A stretch of 64,000 nt of DNA, taken from a virus. Its lineage: Duplodnaviria > Heunggongvirae > Uroviricota > Caudoviricetes. Below the pieces are notes generated by a model. That model ran no database searches. It had not been told where the DNA came from and worked only from the letters and a program-made list of their open reading frames with translations. The stretch's first letter is position 1. The number at the start of each line of letters is the position of its first letter. The position numbers and the translations under genes were made by a program. Positions 19,658 to 29,098 of this stretch are shown here, one piece after another. The DNA lies in the IMG/VR virus record IMGVR_UViG_3300049638_000482, one strand, 5' to 3'.

Positions 19658-21340
19658 ATGTCTTCAGGGTTGATTGAAAACGCCTTTCCGGGTCTTCATA
19701 AGATTAACATGGATTTGCTCAAATTGCTTCTCGCTGGGGTCGTCTCCAGGCGCGGGTATTACTATGGATTGGCGTATGATTCTGGTTACGACTATCAGAA
19801 CCAAGCTGACTTCTACAGCAGAATGGGTCTGTGCCCCGTGGATCCGTCTGGGCTGATTTCAGAAGGCGCAGATGGTGTGGTGTCTGACGAGCAGTTCTGC
19901 GCCATGTTCTATATGGCGCAGGCTGAGGGTCGCAGGTACACTAAGGAAGAGCAGAGCATTCTCAAAGGCTACATCAAGTGGAAAGACCTGTCCCGCCGGG
20001 CTAAGGTTTTGGAAGCCCATATGCAGCCCAAGACCGGATCTGAGGCCAAGGGGTATTCCTTGGAGTCCCACGCATACCACAACGGCTACCTTATGGGTAT
20101 TAATCCGATTAGCGAGGATGTCCTCACGGCTATGCTCGGTAAGAAGGTTATAGCCATTCCCCTCAGCGGAGTGCTGTACAGCAAAATCACAAAAGACTTG
20201 CACCTTGAGGACAGAATCAAGGATAACAAGGGCACCATACTTCCTATCGGAGCACACCACGAGAGCGTTATCATGGATTACCTGTTGAATGCGGGCATAG
20301 TGTGGGGCTACAATGGCGTTAACCTCTCTGAAAAACTTAAAAAGATTGGATACTCATCGTTGGGCGCGTACCTAAGCGATGTGGAAGTCGCTCAAGATAT
20401 CAGAAAGGCTATGGTGGAGAAGGCTAATTCCATAGCCGAAGAAAAAGGGTACACGCTTGTTGGTATCAATGACACCATTGGGTATTACGTCATGAGCGAT
20501 GAAGTGCCCGATATCGCTATCTGCATTGGAAATGGTCTGTTCGTCAAGTCCAAGGACGACCTTGGCAAAGAGAAGACTGTTAAGAGCCTTGCAATCGCTG
20601 AGAAGGACGAGCCTGAGATAGTCAAAGAGCGTAAGTTCTCTTTGTCAGTGTACAGAACCCCAGATAGAGGAGTGCTGTGGTGGTATGATTCCTATAAAGG
20701 ATTCTCCCAAGAAGACAAGGAGAGCATTTCCCAGCAGATTGAGGAGGACGGCCGCCTCAGCGAGAAAGACTTGCTCGACTTGATGCTGTTCAACAAGTTT
20801 GAAGAAGGCTACCTTGTCCGCACAGCCGGTTCTCTGGGCGAAACATCTTGTGGCGGTCATTCAAAGAAGAGCCGCCTGTCGTACCTTGGAAATCATGCCA
20901 ATAATGTCTATGGTGCTGGTCAGGTTCAGGTAGTTGAGGATTCCATTCCAGCTCAGTTCTTGGGTGCCCTCCAGGGGTATTCCACCAGCGTTGAGACTAC
21001 AGGCGATAGCTATTCTGATTTGCTGGTTTTGGGATATAATGAGTACGTTGATATGCCTCAAGAGCTTCCAGTGCGTGATGATGGCGACTACATCCCGGAT
21101 AAGGGTATTCTCGGATGGCTCTCCGAGAAGCTGACGGCTGACGTAGTCAAGAAGCTTGATAAGGCTGATAAGGATAGTCTCGAAGGGCGAATCTGGGAAG
21201 CAGTTAAAGAGTACATGGAGAACGGCGTTGCAGGTTATAAGGTGCCTTCAGACACTGGTTACGAAGAGTTCATGAAGGCTTTGTCGAAGGTATTTTGCAT
21301 TATTGCAGGCGTCAAGGAGGGGTACGTATGCCAAGCATGA
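19658..21340 (+). CDS. hypothetical protein (560 aa)
   Basis: RBS aaggag upstream. No Walker or nuclease motifs seen. Confidence 0.65.
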   Translation: MSSGLIENAFPGLHKINMDLLKLLLAGVVSRRGYYYGLAYDSGYDYQNQADFYSRMGLCPVDPSGLISEGADGVVSDEQFCAMFYMAQAEGRRYTKEEQSILKGYIKWKDLSRRAKVLEAHMQPKTGSEAKGYSLESHAYHNGYLMGINPISEDVLTAMLGKKVIAIPLSGVLYSKITKDLHLEDRIKDNKGTILPIGAHHESVIMDYLLNAGIVWGYNGVNLSEKLKKIGYSSLGAYLSDVEVAQDIRKAMVEKANSIAEEKGYTLVGINDTIGYYVMSDEVPDIAICIGNGLFVKSKDDLGKEKTVKSLAIAEKDEPEIVKERKFSLSVYRTPDRGVLWWYDSYKGFSQEDKESISQQIEEDGRLSEKDLLDLMLFNKFEEGYLVRTAGSLGETSCGGHSKKSRLSYLGNHANNVYGAGQVQVVEDSIPAQFLGALQGYSTSVETTGDSYSDLLVLGYNEYVDMPQELPVRDDGDYIPDKGILGWLSEKLTADVVKKLDKADKDSLEGRIWEAVKEYMENGVAGYKVPSDTGYEEFMKALSKVFCIIAGVKEGYVCQA

Positions 21341-21987
21341 TTGAGGGGAACGTCATGGAAAGAGAGAAGGACGTGGAAGGAGAGGCGCGCAGTGAAGGCA
21401 AAGGCGAGGCGCGCAGTGAGGCGCGCAGCGGTCGCAGTGTGGGTCGCCCTCGTAAGAGTTCGTGGGGTATAGAATTCGGTGAGTCGAAGGATGGCACTCT
21501 GTATCTGCCCATCATGTTTCATGTAACCGATATGGTTGGCTACAAAATCATACGTTTCTTCATGACAATTGACCATGCCAATGGCAACCGCATCGAGCGG
21601 GTATTCCGCAAGGCGCAGGGTCAGTCTTTTAAGGAAGTCGGACCTGATGAGTATATTGCTCGTAGGCAGTATTATTGCAGGTTGTCTGACAGGATTCCTG
21701 TGTGCATTAGCATTAAGGCTGACTTAATAAGAGGTGGCTCCGAGCGCCACAGGGCTTTGCAATATGATATTGATACGGTCGAGGTGAGTCCACTTCGATT
21801 CTGCAAGTATAAGACGGGTAACGGCTTGTCTTTTCAGGCTTATGCTCAAGGACAGCTGGGTATTAAGATTCCTAATCTTGGTATTTTGTTGGCTAAGGTC
21901 GTAGACAACGGGCGTCAAGCTTATGTAACATTTAATAGTAGTTCGTCCGAGGTGGTTGAAGCCGCACCGGAAATGCTGGATATCTAA
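21328..21987 (+). CDS. hypothetical protein with basic AT-hook-like GRPRK segment
   Basis: ATG at 21328 with RBS aaggagg at 21314-21320. Overlaps the upstream gene end by 13 nt. Confidence 0.55.
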   Translation: MPSMIEGNVMEREKDVEGEARSEGKGEARSEARSGRSVGRPRKSSWGIEFGESKDGTLYLPIMFHVTDMVGYKIIRFFMTIDHANGNRIERVFRKAQGQSFKEVGPDEYIARRQYYCRLSDRIPVCISIKADLIRGGSERHRALQYDIDTVEVSPLRFCKYKTGNGLSFQAYAQGQLGIKIPNLGILLAKVVDNGRQAYVTFNSSSSEVVEAAPEMLDI

Positions 21988-21997
21988 GGAGAAAACC

Positions 21998-23050
21998 ATG
22001 AATAGCATTTATTCGCTGACAGAGGCTTTGGGTCAGGCTCTCAACCAGAAGAACGGCATCCCTGAGGACACCAAGGTGGGTATTCCGCTCCCGAAGGATA
22101 AGGGAACGTTCTCCGAGATGTGGGCTGGCAACCCTGATCTGACCGACCTGCGTATGCATGTTGCGGTTTACCCCAAGAATGGTGAGGGTAAGATTTCCAA
22201 CATGCTCATCACCGACCGTATCTCGGGAGCAGAGAGCTGGCTTCAGGAGCGTGGCTTGGTGGTTGCTGATAAGGACGTTTCCCGCTGGGAGAAGATGTTC
22301 CTTCGCGATAATCCGGGTTATATCCCCTACCTCAACCTGAAAGTTCAGAAGGGTATTCGTAAGGTCGTTGTTCCGAACAATGCCAGCTGGTTTGACCCGT
22401 ATGAGCAGGATGTTTTCGTGGTGCTGTATAATGACCTTAAGGCCGGCATGACTTGGCTCCGTAACCTTCTGCATGGTGGTCTGTATCGTATCACCTTCGA
22501 TATGGTCGATGGTTCAGTGCGCAAGATGATTACCACTCTTGATTCCGGGTTCCTGCAGGATTATTATGCTTCTGCCAAGGAGACCGCCTTGGGTGAGGAT
22601 GCTCAGAAGACTAAAGAAGAGCTTGAAGCCCGTGATGACTCCCAAATGGTGAATGGTCAGATTCGTGTTCCGGATCTTGAAGCTCCTATCTCCCAGGGGG
22701 TATTCCGCGCTGTCAATGTTCTCGAAATCAAGAATATTGAGAAGGTCACCGAGTCGGACATCGACAGAACCTTTGTGTATTACGACCCTAATACTATGTG
22801 CGATGCAGTTAATCAGATTGCAGGACGTGAGGCGGCGGCTAACTACTTCACTGATGAGATTACAGCCAAGTATGGCATCAAGAGCGTCGATGGAGCGGAG
22901 CTCGTTTCCGAATATCTGCTGAGGGCACTCAGCTATGTTCACACTCGTGAGAAGACGTCTCTTGCGTTGGCTGTTGGGGAAGTGTTCCCGCAGATTGATA
23001 AGAGCGTTTACCTCGGTCAGGGCGAAGCAAAAGCCGAGGATCTTTTCTAA
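21998..23050 (+). CDS. hypothetical protein
   Basis: ATG at 21998 with RBS ggag. 350 aa, no recognisable motif. Confidence 0.6.
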   Translation: MNSIYSLTEALGQALNQKNGIPEDTKVGIPLPKDKGTFSEMWAGNPDLTDLRMHVAVYPKNGEGKISNMLITDRISGAESWLQERGLVVADKDVSRWEKMFLRDNPGYIPYLNLKVQKGIRKVVVPNNASWFDPYEQDVFVVLYNDLKAGMTWLRNLLHGGLYRITFDMVDGSVRKMITTLDSGFLQDYYASAKETALGEDAQKTKEELEARDDSQMVNGQIRVPDLEAPISQGVFRAVNVLEIKNIEKVTESDIDRTFVYYDPNTMCDAVNQIAGREAAANYFTDEITAKYGIKSVDGAELVSEYLLRALSYVHTREKTSLALAVGEVFPQIDKSVYLGQGEAKAEDLF

Positions 23051-23075
23051 GAGGACTTAAAGAGGGTTTAGTAAG

Positions 23076-24620
23076 ATGTCGCGCAGGGTATTCTACAGGG
23101 ACGAAGAAGCTCAGGGTTTCACCACCTATGGGCTTCTCTTGGATACCCTTTTTCGCCAGCTCAAGACAGTGGGTATCGCCGGGTATTTTCCATACGAATA
23201 CCGCGAAGATATGAGCTGTGATTATGCCGAGTTGGTAAGCTTCTTCGGTGAGGAGTTCGGAAGGCTTGCTGAGCAGGAGGGTGACGCTAGTAATCTTTCC
23301 ATTCTCAGTAAGCATGTTTCTCTGCGTGGCATCCTGTTGGAAAGGTATCATAAGGACAACGAGCGGTACATAGCAGCTCGTAATTCTCTCAGCATCGGTC
23401 GGTTGAAGAAGGTTGAGGATAAGAACGAGCCTTCGTGGGCTGAGTTGGTTGCCTCCGCGGAGGATGAAGACAAGAAGGAGGGGAAAAGAGCCGAGGGCGT
23501 TTCTGAGGTCGAAGGTACGGGTATTAAGGATTTAGACGAGGGTCATGGTAAGCCGGATAGTGCTATAATCAGTTCTTTCCTTGCCGCTATTGATGGTGAC
23601 CATGCGGTGGATGATAGTGTTGCTCCGGAGTATGTCGAGGAAGACGATGAAGAGCCTGTAGGAGGGTATTATTCAGATGAGGAGGACGAGGAAGATGACC
23701 CCAGCGTTCTCCCGGCTGATGAGGATGAGGGGGAGAGCGAAGAGGATAGTGGGGCAGACGAAGGCTATGGCGTCCTCCCAGCGGATGACGACGATGATGA
23801 AGACCCAAGTGTTCTTCCTGATGACGAGGACGAGGGGTATTCTTCAGAGCTTTCAGTGGATGAGGACGAAGAAGACCCAAGTGTTCTTCCTGATGACGAT
23901 GATGAAGATGGTGAGGAGTATTCCTCTGAGCTTCCAGCTGATGAGGACGAGGAAGACGAAGCTGGGTATTCCTCCGAGCTTCCAGCTGATGACGATGAAG
24001 AGGATTTCAGCACCCTCCCAGATGATGAGGATGACGAAGAAGGGGATTCCAGTGTTCTCCCCGATGATGACGATGAAAATTATTCCTCCGAGCTTCCAGC
24101 AGACGAAGACACAGATGAGGACGACGGGTATTCTTCAGAACTGCCAGAAGACGATGACGAGGATTATTCCTCGGAACTACCCTCAGATTATGACGAGGAT
24201 TACTCTTCGGAACTCCCCTCAGATGATGACGAGGACTATTCCTCAGAACTCCCTTCAGATGACGATGACGAAGATTACTCTTCGGAACTCCCCTCAGATG
24301 ATGACGAGGACTATTCCTCAGAACTCCCTTCAGATGACGAGGACGACGGGTATTCTTCAGAACTCCCCTCAGATGACGATGATGGTGACTCCGGGGTATT
24401 GCCAGATGACGATGATGAATCAGCGCCAGCGCCCCTTAAGCCAATTTCTCAGCCTAAGGCTTACACTTCGCCCATGATGTCATATTCTGCTCCTGTTTCT
24501 TCGATGGTTGTGCGTCCGAGTTATGCCAGGGGTATTCCGGGGCGTGAAACGCAGGAAGTTGTGCTTGATATGATGAATAAGCTTGCTAATAATATTAAAG
24601 GGTGGTTTAGTAGGTTATAA
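23076..24620 (+). CDS. extremely acidic tandem-repeat protein (D/E-rich; YSSELP(S/A)DDDE and SVLPxDDDE repeats)
   Basis: Structured ~150-aa N-terminus, then ~300 aa of 12-aa acidic repeats encoded by 36-bp DNA repeats. Paralogous to the partial gene at 63094. Confidence 0.7.
   Translation: MSRRVFYRDEEAQGFTTYGLLLDTLFRQLKTVGIAGYFPYEYREDMSCDYAELVSFFGEEFGRLAEQEGDASNLSILSKHVSLRGILLERYHKDNERYIAARNSLSIGRLKKVEDKNEPSWAELVASAEDEDKKEGKRAEGVSEVEGTGIKDLDEGHGKPDSAIISSFLAAIDGDHAVDDSVAPEYVEEDDEEPVGGYYSDEEDEEDDPSVLPADEDEGESEEDSGADEGYGVLPADDDDDEDPSVLPDDEDEGYSSELSVDEDEEDPSVLPDDDDEDGEEYSSELPADEDEEDEAGYSSELPADDDEEDFSTLPDDEDDEEGDSSVLPDDDDENYSSELPADEDTDEDDGYSSELPEDDDEDYSSELPSDYDEDYSSELPSDDDEDYSSELPSDDDDEDYSSELPSDDDEDYSSELPSDDEDDGYSSELPSDDDDGDSGVLPDDDDESAPAPLKPISQPKAYTSPMMSYSAPVSSMVVRPSYARGIPGRETQEVVLDMMNKLANNIKGWFSRL
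24120..24380 (+). repeat. 36-bp coding tandem repeats (about 6-7 copies) inside the acidic protein gene
   Basis: Units like gatgatgacgaggactattcctcagaactcccttca repeat and encode DDDEDYSSELPS. Confidence 0.7.
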
Positions 24621-24719
24621 TATCTTGCAGTGCTCCAGGGTGTTGTATACATGCTTGGTTTGTCCCGCTAGGCTATTCGTAGCCGCGTAGCATGTTGCTA
24701 TAGAATGTTAGGAGTACAT

Positions 24720-25688
24720 ATGTACAATTTTGATACTGTTCAGCAGCTGAAAGATGAGCTTAAGGAGAACTTTGATGCTCAGAGCTATCAGGTTCCCTCT
24801 TGGCAGGAGCTCGAGGCTGATATTAAGAATGGTGAGCCCCGCTATATCAAGGAGCTGATTAAGCGTATTCAGGGCGCTTTCGTGGCTTCCGTCCCGGAGG
24901 GTATTGATTATGTTCCTCTGCTGACCACGTATATTACGTGCACTGGTAATGAGGGTTCCGACGCTATCACCACAGTCCATCTGACGGTTCACAATGTCGC
25001 TCAGGCCGCTTTCGAGTATCGTTGGAGTAGCGAGTTTGTTGCTGACCATACCCTTGAGGATGCTGTCAAGCGCTTCTTCCTTGGTGTGTTCTATGACCTG
25101 ATTGACCGTGCGGCTCAGTACAGCAATGTGCTTGCCATCAACGAGGAGCTCAAGAGCATCACCGATGATGCCGATTCTAAGTACACCGTGAGCCTGACGC
25201 TGTCCGGCACTGGCGATGCTATTGCGTACATTGACGATAACACCATCGTTTTCCGTGTGGACCGCGATAAGGTGTTTGACCCGGCCATGGAGAATGTTCT
25301 GTTCAAGTCCGGTCTTGATGACCTTGGTCTGTCCGAGGAGGAGCTTGCTCGCTACACCAAGGCTCTTGATAAGGTTCATGATAATAACGTGGCTGAGTTT
25401 CGTTCTCTTGCCACCACGCCGGAATTCGTCGCGGCTAAGCCGAAGATCATTCTGTCCTTCGTGCGTGTTGAGTACTTCCAGCCGATTACTCTGATTCGTC
25501 GTAGCCTGCACCGCACAGCTGCCGTCCTTAAGAACAGCAAGAAGGACGAGCGCTTCCGTGTCGAGGGCGATGGCTACATGGGTATTGGTCAGCGCATTGA
25601 TGGCCAGTTGGGTGTGTCTCTGCATCCGTTCGATACGAAGACTTATAAGCCGGTTGATGTTGATATCCTTGCAGGTCTGGAAGCCTGA
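24720..25688 (+). CDS. hypothetical protein
   Basis: ATG at 24720 with RBS ggag. Confidence 0.6.
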   Translation: MYNFDTVQQLKDELKENFDAQSYQVPSWQELEADIKNGEPRYIKELIKRIQGAFVASVPEGIDYVPLLTTYITCTGNEGSDAITTVHLTVHNVAQAAFEYRWSSEFVADHTLEDAVKRFFLGVFYDLIDRAAQYSNVLAINEELKSITDDADSKYTVSLTLSGTGDAIAYIDDNTIVFRVDRDKVFDPAMENVLFKSGLDDLGLSEEELARYTKALDKVHDNNVAEFRSLATTPEFVAAKPKIILSFVRVEYFQPITLIRRSLHRTAAVLKNSKKDERFRVEGDGYMGIGQRIDGQLGVSLHPFDTKTYKPVDVDILAGLEA

Positions 25689-25763
25689 TTTAAGGTTGGG
25701 TGTTTCAATGGCGCACACTAAGATTGGTGTGCGCCTTATTTTTAGAGAAAGCGAAGTGATCAT

Positions 25764-26006
25764 ATGAATTCAGTGCATAATAAGTTCGGTGAGAATCCCT
25801 CGGGTATTAGCTATATTGATAGCGCGGTCAACGTGTTTGATTTGGATTTCCCTGATGTGGATAGTGAAAATCGTGGTGTCGTCGATTTGGATTTCCCAGA
25901 CGTGGAGGGCGAAGAGTCGAATGACGTCGATTTGGATTTCCCTGACGTGGAAGGCGAAACCTCGGGTATTCTTGATTTTGATTTCCCCAGCGTTGACGCT
26001 GAATAA
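25764..26006 (+). CDS. small acidic repeat protein (3x DLDFPDVEGE)
   Basis: 80-aa ORF with three ~19-aa repeats VDLDFPDV(D/E)(S/G)E. Confidence 0.45.
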   Translation: MNSVHNKFGENPSGISYIDSAVNVFDLDFPDVDSENRGVVDLDFPDVEGEESNDVDLDFPDVEGETSGILDFDFPSVDAE

Positions 26007-26059
26007 GCCTTGGGGCGCTGTCGAGCGCAAGGTTTCTAGTCTAGATAAGGAGTAATGTT

Positions 26060-26977
26060 ATGGGTGATGAAGATTGGGGTGGCTCTGATGATTATTGGGG
26101 CAGCCCTCAGGATACCCAGCAAAACAATCAGCAGGGTGTAGATGGAGTAGAGGGTGTGCCCCAGCCTCAAGCCCAGATGGGTATTCCAGGGATGACTTCT
26201 ATGGCTCCGCAGCAGGGTATTCCAGGAATGCAGAGTTCGCAGGGCGCTCAGCAGGGTCAGCAGGGTGGGTTCCCACAGGGTCAGAATCAGGGCTTCCCGC
26301 AGGACAATTTCCAGCCAGGTCAGCAGGGTGGCTTCCCTCAAGCGCAGCAGGGTATTCCTCCGCAGGGCGGCGCTCCTATGGGTCAGCAAGATAAGCCGAA
26401 GAGTGATAACAAGTCTTTCATTATGATACTTATTATTTTGCTTGTCATCGCTTTGGTTACGGTTGGTGTGTATTTCTTCCAAAAGGGTATTAAGGCGAAG
26501 AACGCCGCTTCTATTACTACATCGCAGCAGTCTCAGTCCAATAGTAATAGTGGTCGTTCTGCATCTCCAGAGAGTCGCCCCTCGCAGAGTGCTACAAGCA
26601 GCCCTTCAGAGAGTGGTAGCAATACGAAGAAGGAAGCTCCTAATACCTCTTGGGATTCCCCCAAGGATGATTCTAGTAAGTCTGCCGACGTGCACGGTCT
26701 CAGCGAGGTTGGTAGCCTTCCTGACGTTGCCAGTCGTGGCAGCTCTGGGGCTATCGTTGTAAGCAAGCATGTGTACACCTTGGATAACAGTTATGTGTAC
26801 TCCCTTGAGCTCAGCCTTTCCACTGGTCAGAGTAATAGCGTTGAGTTCTTTGTGTCTAAGGACAACTTCAATAAGATTAACACCGGCACAATAGTTAGTG
26901 TGGAATATGTTCAGTATTCCGATGGTCGCGTGGGTGTTGTCTCAATCAGTAGTAAGGGTAACTCCTCCGAAAATTAG
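26060..26977 (+). CDS. membrane protein with Gln/Gly/Pro-rich low-complexity N-terminus, single TM, Ser-rich linker and C-terminal beta-rich domain
   Basis: N-terminal QQGIPGMQSSQGAQQGQQGGFPQGQNQGFPQ...; TM FIMILIILLVIALVTVGVYFF; SQQSQSNSNSGRSASPESRPSQSATSSPSESGS linker. Confidence 0.65.
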   Translation: MGDEDWGGSDDYWGSPQDTQQNNQQGVDGVEGVPQPQAQMGIPGMTSMAPQQGIPGMQSSQGAQQGQQGGFPQGQNQGFPQDNFQPGQQGGFPQAQQGIPPQGGAPMGQQDKPKSDNKSFIMILIILLVIALVTVGVYFFQKGIKAKNAASITTSQQSQSNSNSGRSASPESRPSQSATSSPSESGSNTKKEAPNTSWDSPKDDSSKSADVHGLSEVGSLPDVASRGSSGAIVVSKHVYTLDNSYVYSLELSLSTGQSNSVEFFVSKDNFNKINTGTIVSVEYVQYSDGRVGVVSISSKGNSSEN

Positions 26978-27033
26978 ATGTACATAAAATAAAAATTTGA
27001 ACGTAATGCCTGTTGCGTTTCAGCTTAATGGTG

Positions 27034-27063
27034 TTGTAATATACAGTAGGTTGGTTTGAGAAG
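27034..27063 (+). promoter_or_regulatory. candidate sigma-70-type promoter for the 27133 gene
   Basis: TTGCGT-N18-TAATAT in the only AT-rich intergenic stretch upstream of a gene with a strong RBS. Confidence 0.3.
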
Positions 27064-27132
27064 CAAGTCAACCTCCGTCGGCGCGGTTCGTGCGTCGGTG
27101 TTATTTAACCTAGCTAGGTTAGGAGAATTATT

Positions 27133-28002
27133 ATGGTTAGTGTTCTGAAGAACAATGCTACTGCCCCCGCTGAGGCTAAGAAGGGTTCCGTGGATTCCAA
27201 GGCTAAGAAGCTGGCTGCGGCTACGGGTAAGGCTCCGGTGACGCTCACTGAAGAGCAGCTGAACGCCGTTGGCTCTATGTCTGATTCTCTGCAGTACGTG
27301 GGTGTGCTTGTGCACCCGACGAAGCTCCAGGGTATTGGCGCTCGCAAGGGACCGAACGGCGAGAAGGTTGAGAACATGAAGAATGCCCGCTTCCTCGTGG
27401 GTCTGCGCTTCAAGGTTCTGAAGCCGGTTGATGTCCCGGACTTCGGTCGCATCACCTCTAACTCCGATGTTCAGATGCAGGAGCACATTGGTACTGGCTC
27501 CAAGCATTATGAGCCGGGTCAGATTGTTGATATGACTCCGCTGGAGTTCGGCGTTCTGACCGCTCAGCCGGTGTTCGATGGTCAGATTACGGGTGGCGAT
27601 GATGAGAATCTGCACCTGTTCCTGAGCCTTCGTAACAAGACCCCGAAGCAGGCTAAGGGTGTTGCCTCCAAGGGCAACGACCTGCAGACGGTTGTTGTGA
27701 AGTTCAAGTCCACCCCGTATGCTCGTGCAGCTCACTTCGAGATCCCGGTTGGTCGTGTCATCACTAATGCTGAGGGTCGTAAGTCCTACGCTCCGTTCCC
27801 GGAGGGTTCGAAGGAAGCTCAGGAGTTCGCTAAGTGGACCGCTCTGGTGACCAAGCCGACGACTGCTAAGGTCGGCTCCAAGACTCATAAGACCTCCGCT
27901 GATCATCGTGCGGAAGCTTACACGGATCCGGCTCGTAATAGCTTCCTTGCGGCTGTGGCTCGTGTGTCTGCTAACCAGCGCGCGGCAGCCGAAGCTAAGT
28001 GA
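27133..28002 (+). CDS. Lys/Ala-rich hypothetical protein, probably highly expressed monocistron
   Basis: Strong RBS ttaggag and its own promoter-like upstream region. Followed by a perfect 10-bp hairpin. The N- and C-termini are KA-rich. The overlapping 580-aa minus-strand ORF is low-complexity shadow. Confidence 0.7.
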   Translation: MVSVLKNNATAPAEAKKGSVDSKAKKLAAATGKAPVTLTEEQLNAVGSMSDSLQYVGVLVHPTKLQGIGARKGPNGEKVENMKNARFLVGLRFKVLKPVDVPDFGRITSNSDVQMQEHIGTGSKHYEPGQIVDMTPLEFGVLTAQPVFDGQITGGDDENLHLFLSLRNKTPKQAKGVASKGNDLQTVVVKFKSTPYARAAHFEIPVGRVITNAEGRKSYAPFPEGSKEAQEFAKWTALVTKPTTAKVGSKTHKTSADHRAEAYTDPARNSFLAAVARVSANQRAAAEAK

Positions 28003-28017
28003 TTTTAGCTGGGTATC

Positions 28018-28051
28018 GAAGCCCCTGTTGCCGATAAGGCGCAGGGGCTTC
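28018..28051 (+). terminator. stem-loop (terminator or stability element) after the 27133 gene
   Basis: gaagcccctg / caggggcttc perfect 10-bp stem with a 14-nt loop; no T-tract. Confidence 0.4.
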
Positions 28052-28234
28052 CCTGTATCATGGGTTCGCCAAGGCGGGTATTCAGCCATGTTGACGGCAT
28101 CGAGGAAAGCATCGTGGGCGGGGTATTCAGTGACGAGGTAAGGGTCGAAGCCCGCGCCAAGGTAGGACCCCCGGGTATTCTTCTCCTTTGCAGGCATTAG
28201 TGGCTTTCTCGCATAATTATAAGCAGGTTGCATA

Positions 28235-29077
28235 ATGGTTTTCGTGTTGACGCTTTCCATGCTGATGGTTGGGTTGTTTGTGCTGGTGATGGCGTTTTTG
28301 CTGCTTTTGTTCATTGTTTTTGGTACTGTAATCATTGCGCCTTTCGTTTTCATTGGTGGTGTCCGTCGGGTATTTCGTAGTGTTATGGGTATTGGGGAGT
28401 CTCTCAAGGAGAAGAGGTCAGCGAGGAGGGTGACTGGACCTAGGGAGGTGTACAGCAAGAGGCTCACTGATATTAAGCCGAAGAAGGTTAAGAAGGTTGA
28501 GGAGATTAGGGAAGTTGAGGAAGCTAGGGAGGCTAAGGCGAAGAGGGTCGAGGAAGCCAAGAAGGTTGTAGAGACGAAGAGGGTAGAGGCAAAGAAGATC
28601 GAGGAGGTCAAGAAGGTAGAGGAAGTTGATGCGGAGAAGAAGGTTGGTGAGGAGGCGAAGAAGTCTTCTACGCCTAAGGAGTCTTCCGCGCCTAAAGAAG
28701 CTCCCAACGATAATATCACCAATAGCGAACCTAAGAATAAGGCAAACGGTACTAAAGCCACTCGCAAGGTTAATAAAGGTCAGGGCGCTCGCAAGTCCAA
28801 GACTAATAGAAATACTAAGAACAAGAAGTCATCCCGTAAGCAGTCTTATAGTAAGGGTAATCCTAGTAGGAAACCACAGGTCGGGAAGTCCAAGGGTGCT
28901 AAGACTAATCCGGGTAGAGGCTCTCAGGGTATTAATACTAATCAGGCACACAGCAAGGCCAAGTCTCAGGGTATTTCAGCCAATTCTAGGAAGTCTTCCC
29001 GCAAGGTGGAGCCCCAGGGTATTACCACTAATATTCATACTACATCTTCTTTGAGTGATTATCCAGATATGGTATAA
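28235..29077 (+). CDS. membrane-anchored protein with K/E-rich coiled coil and highly basic S/K/N-rich tail
   Basis: Two N-terminal TM helices. KKVEEIREVEEAREAKAKRVEEAKKVVETKRVEAKKIEEVKKVEEV, then a long Lys/Arg/Ser/Asn-rich tail. Confidence 0.65.
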   Translation: MVFVLTLSMLMVGLFVLVMAFLLLLFIVFGTVIIAPFVFIGGVRRVFRSVMGIGESLKEKRSARRVTGPREVYSKRLTDIKPKKVKKVEEIREVEEAREAKAKRVEEAKKVVETKRVEAKKIEEVKKVEEVDAEKKVGEEAKKSSTPKESSAPKEAPNDNITNSEPKNKANGTKATRKVNKGQGARKSKTNRNTKNKKSSRKQSYSKGNPSRKPQVGKSKGAKTNPGRGSQGINTNQAHSKAKSQGISANSRKSSRKVEPQGITTNIHTTSSLSDYPDMV

Positions 29078-29098
29078 TAAACTTAGGAGGTTTTTGGT

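Noticed and set aside
23076-24620. Tandem DNA repeats (36-45 bp units at 24120-24380, 63451-63730, 32386-32517, 60696-60810, 25845-25990) as a possible CRISPR array or non-coding satellite
   Set aside because: All are in-frame inside ORFs and encode amino-acid repeats. There is no repeat-spacer architecture and no cas genes.
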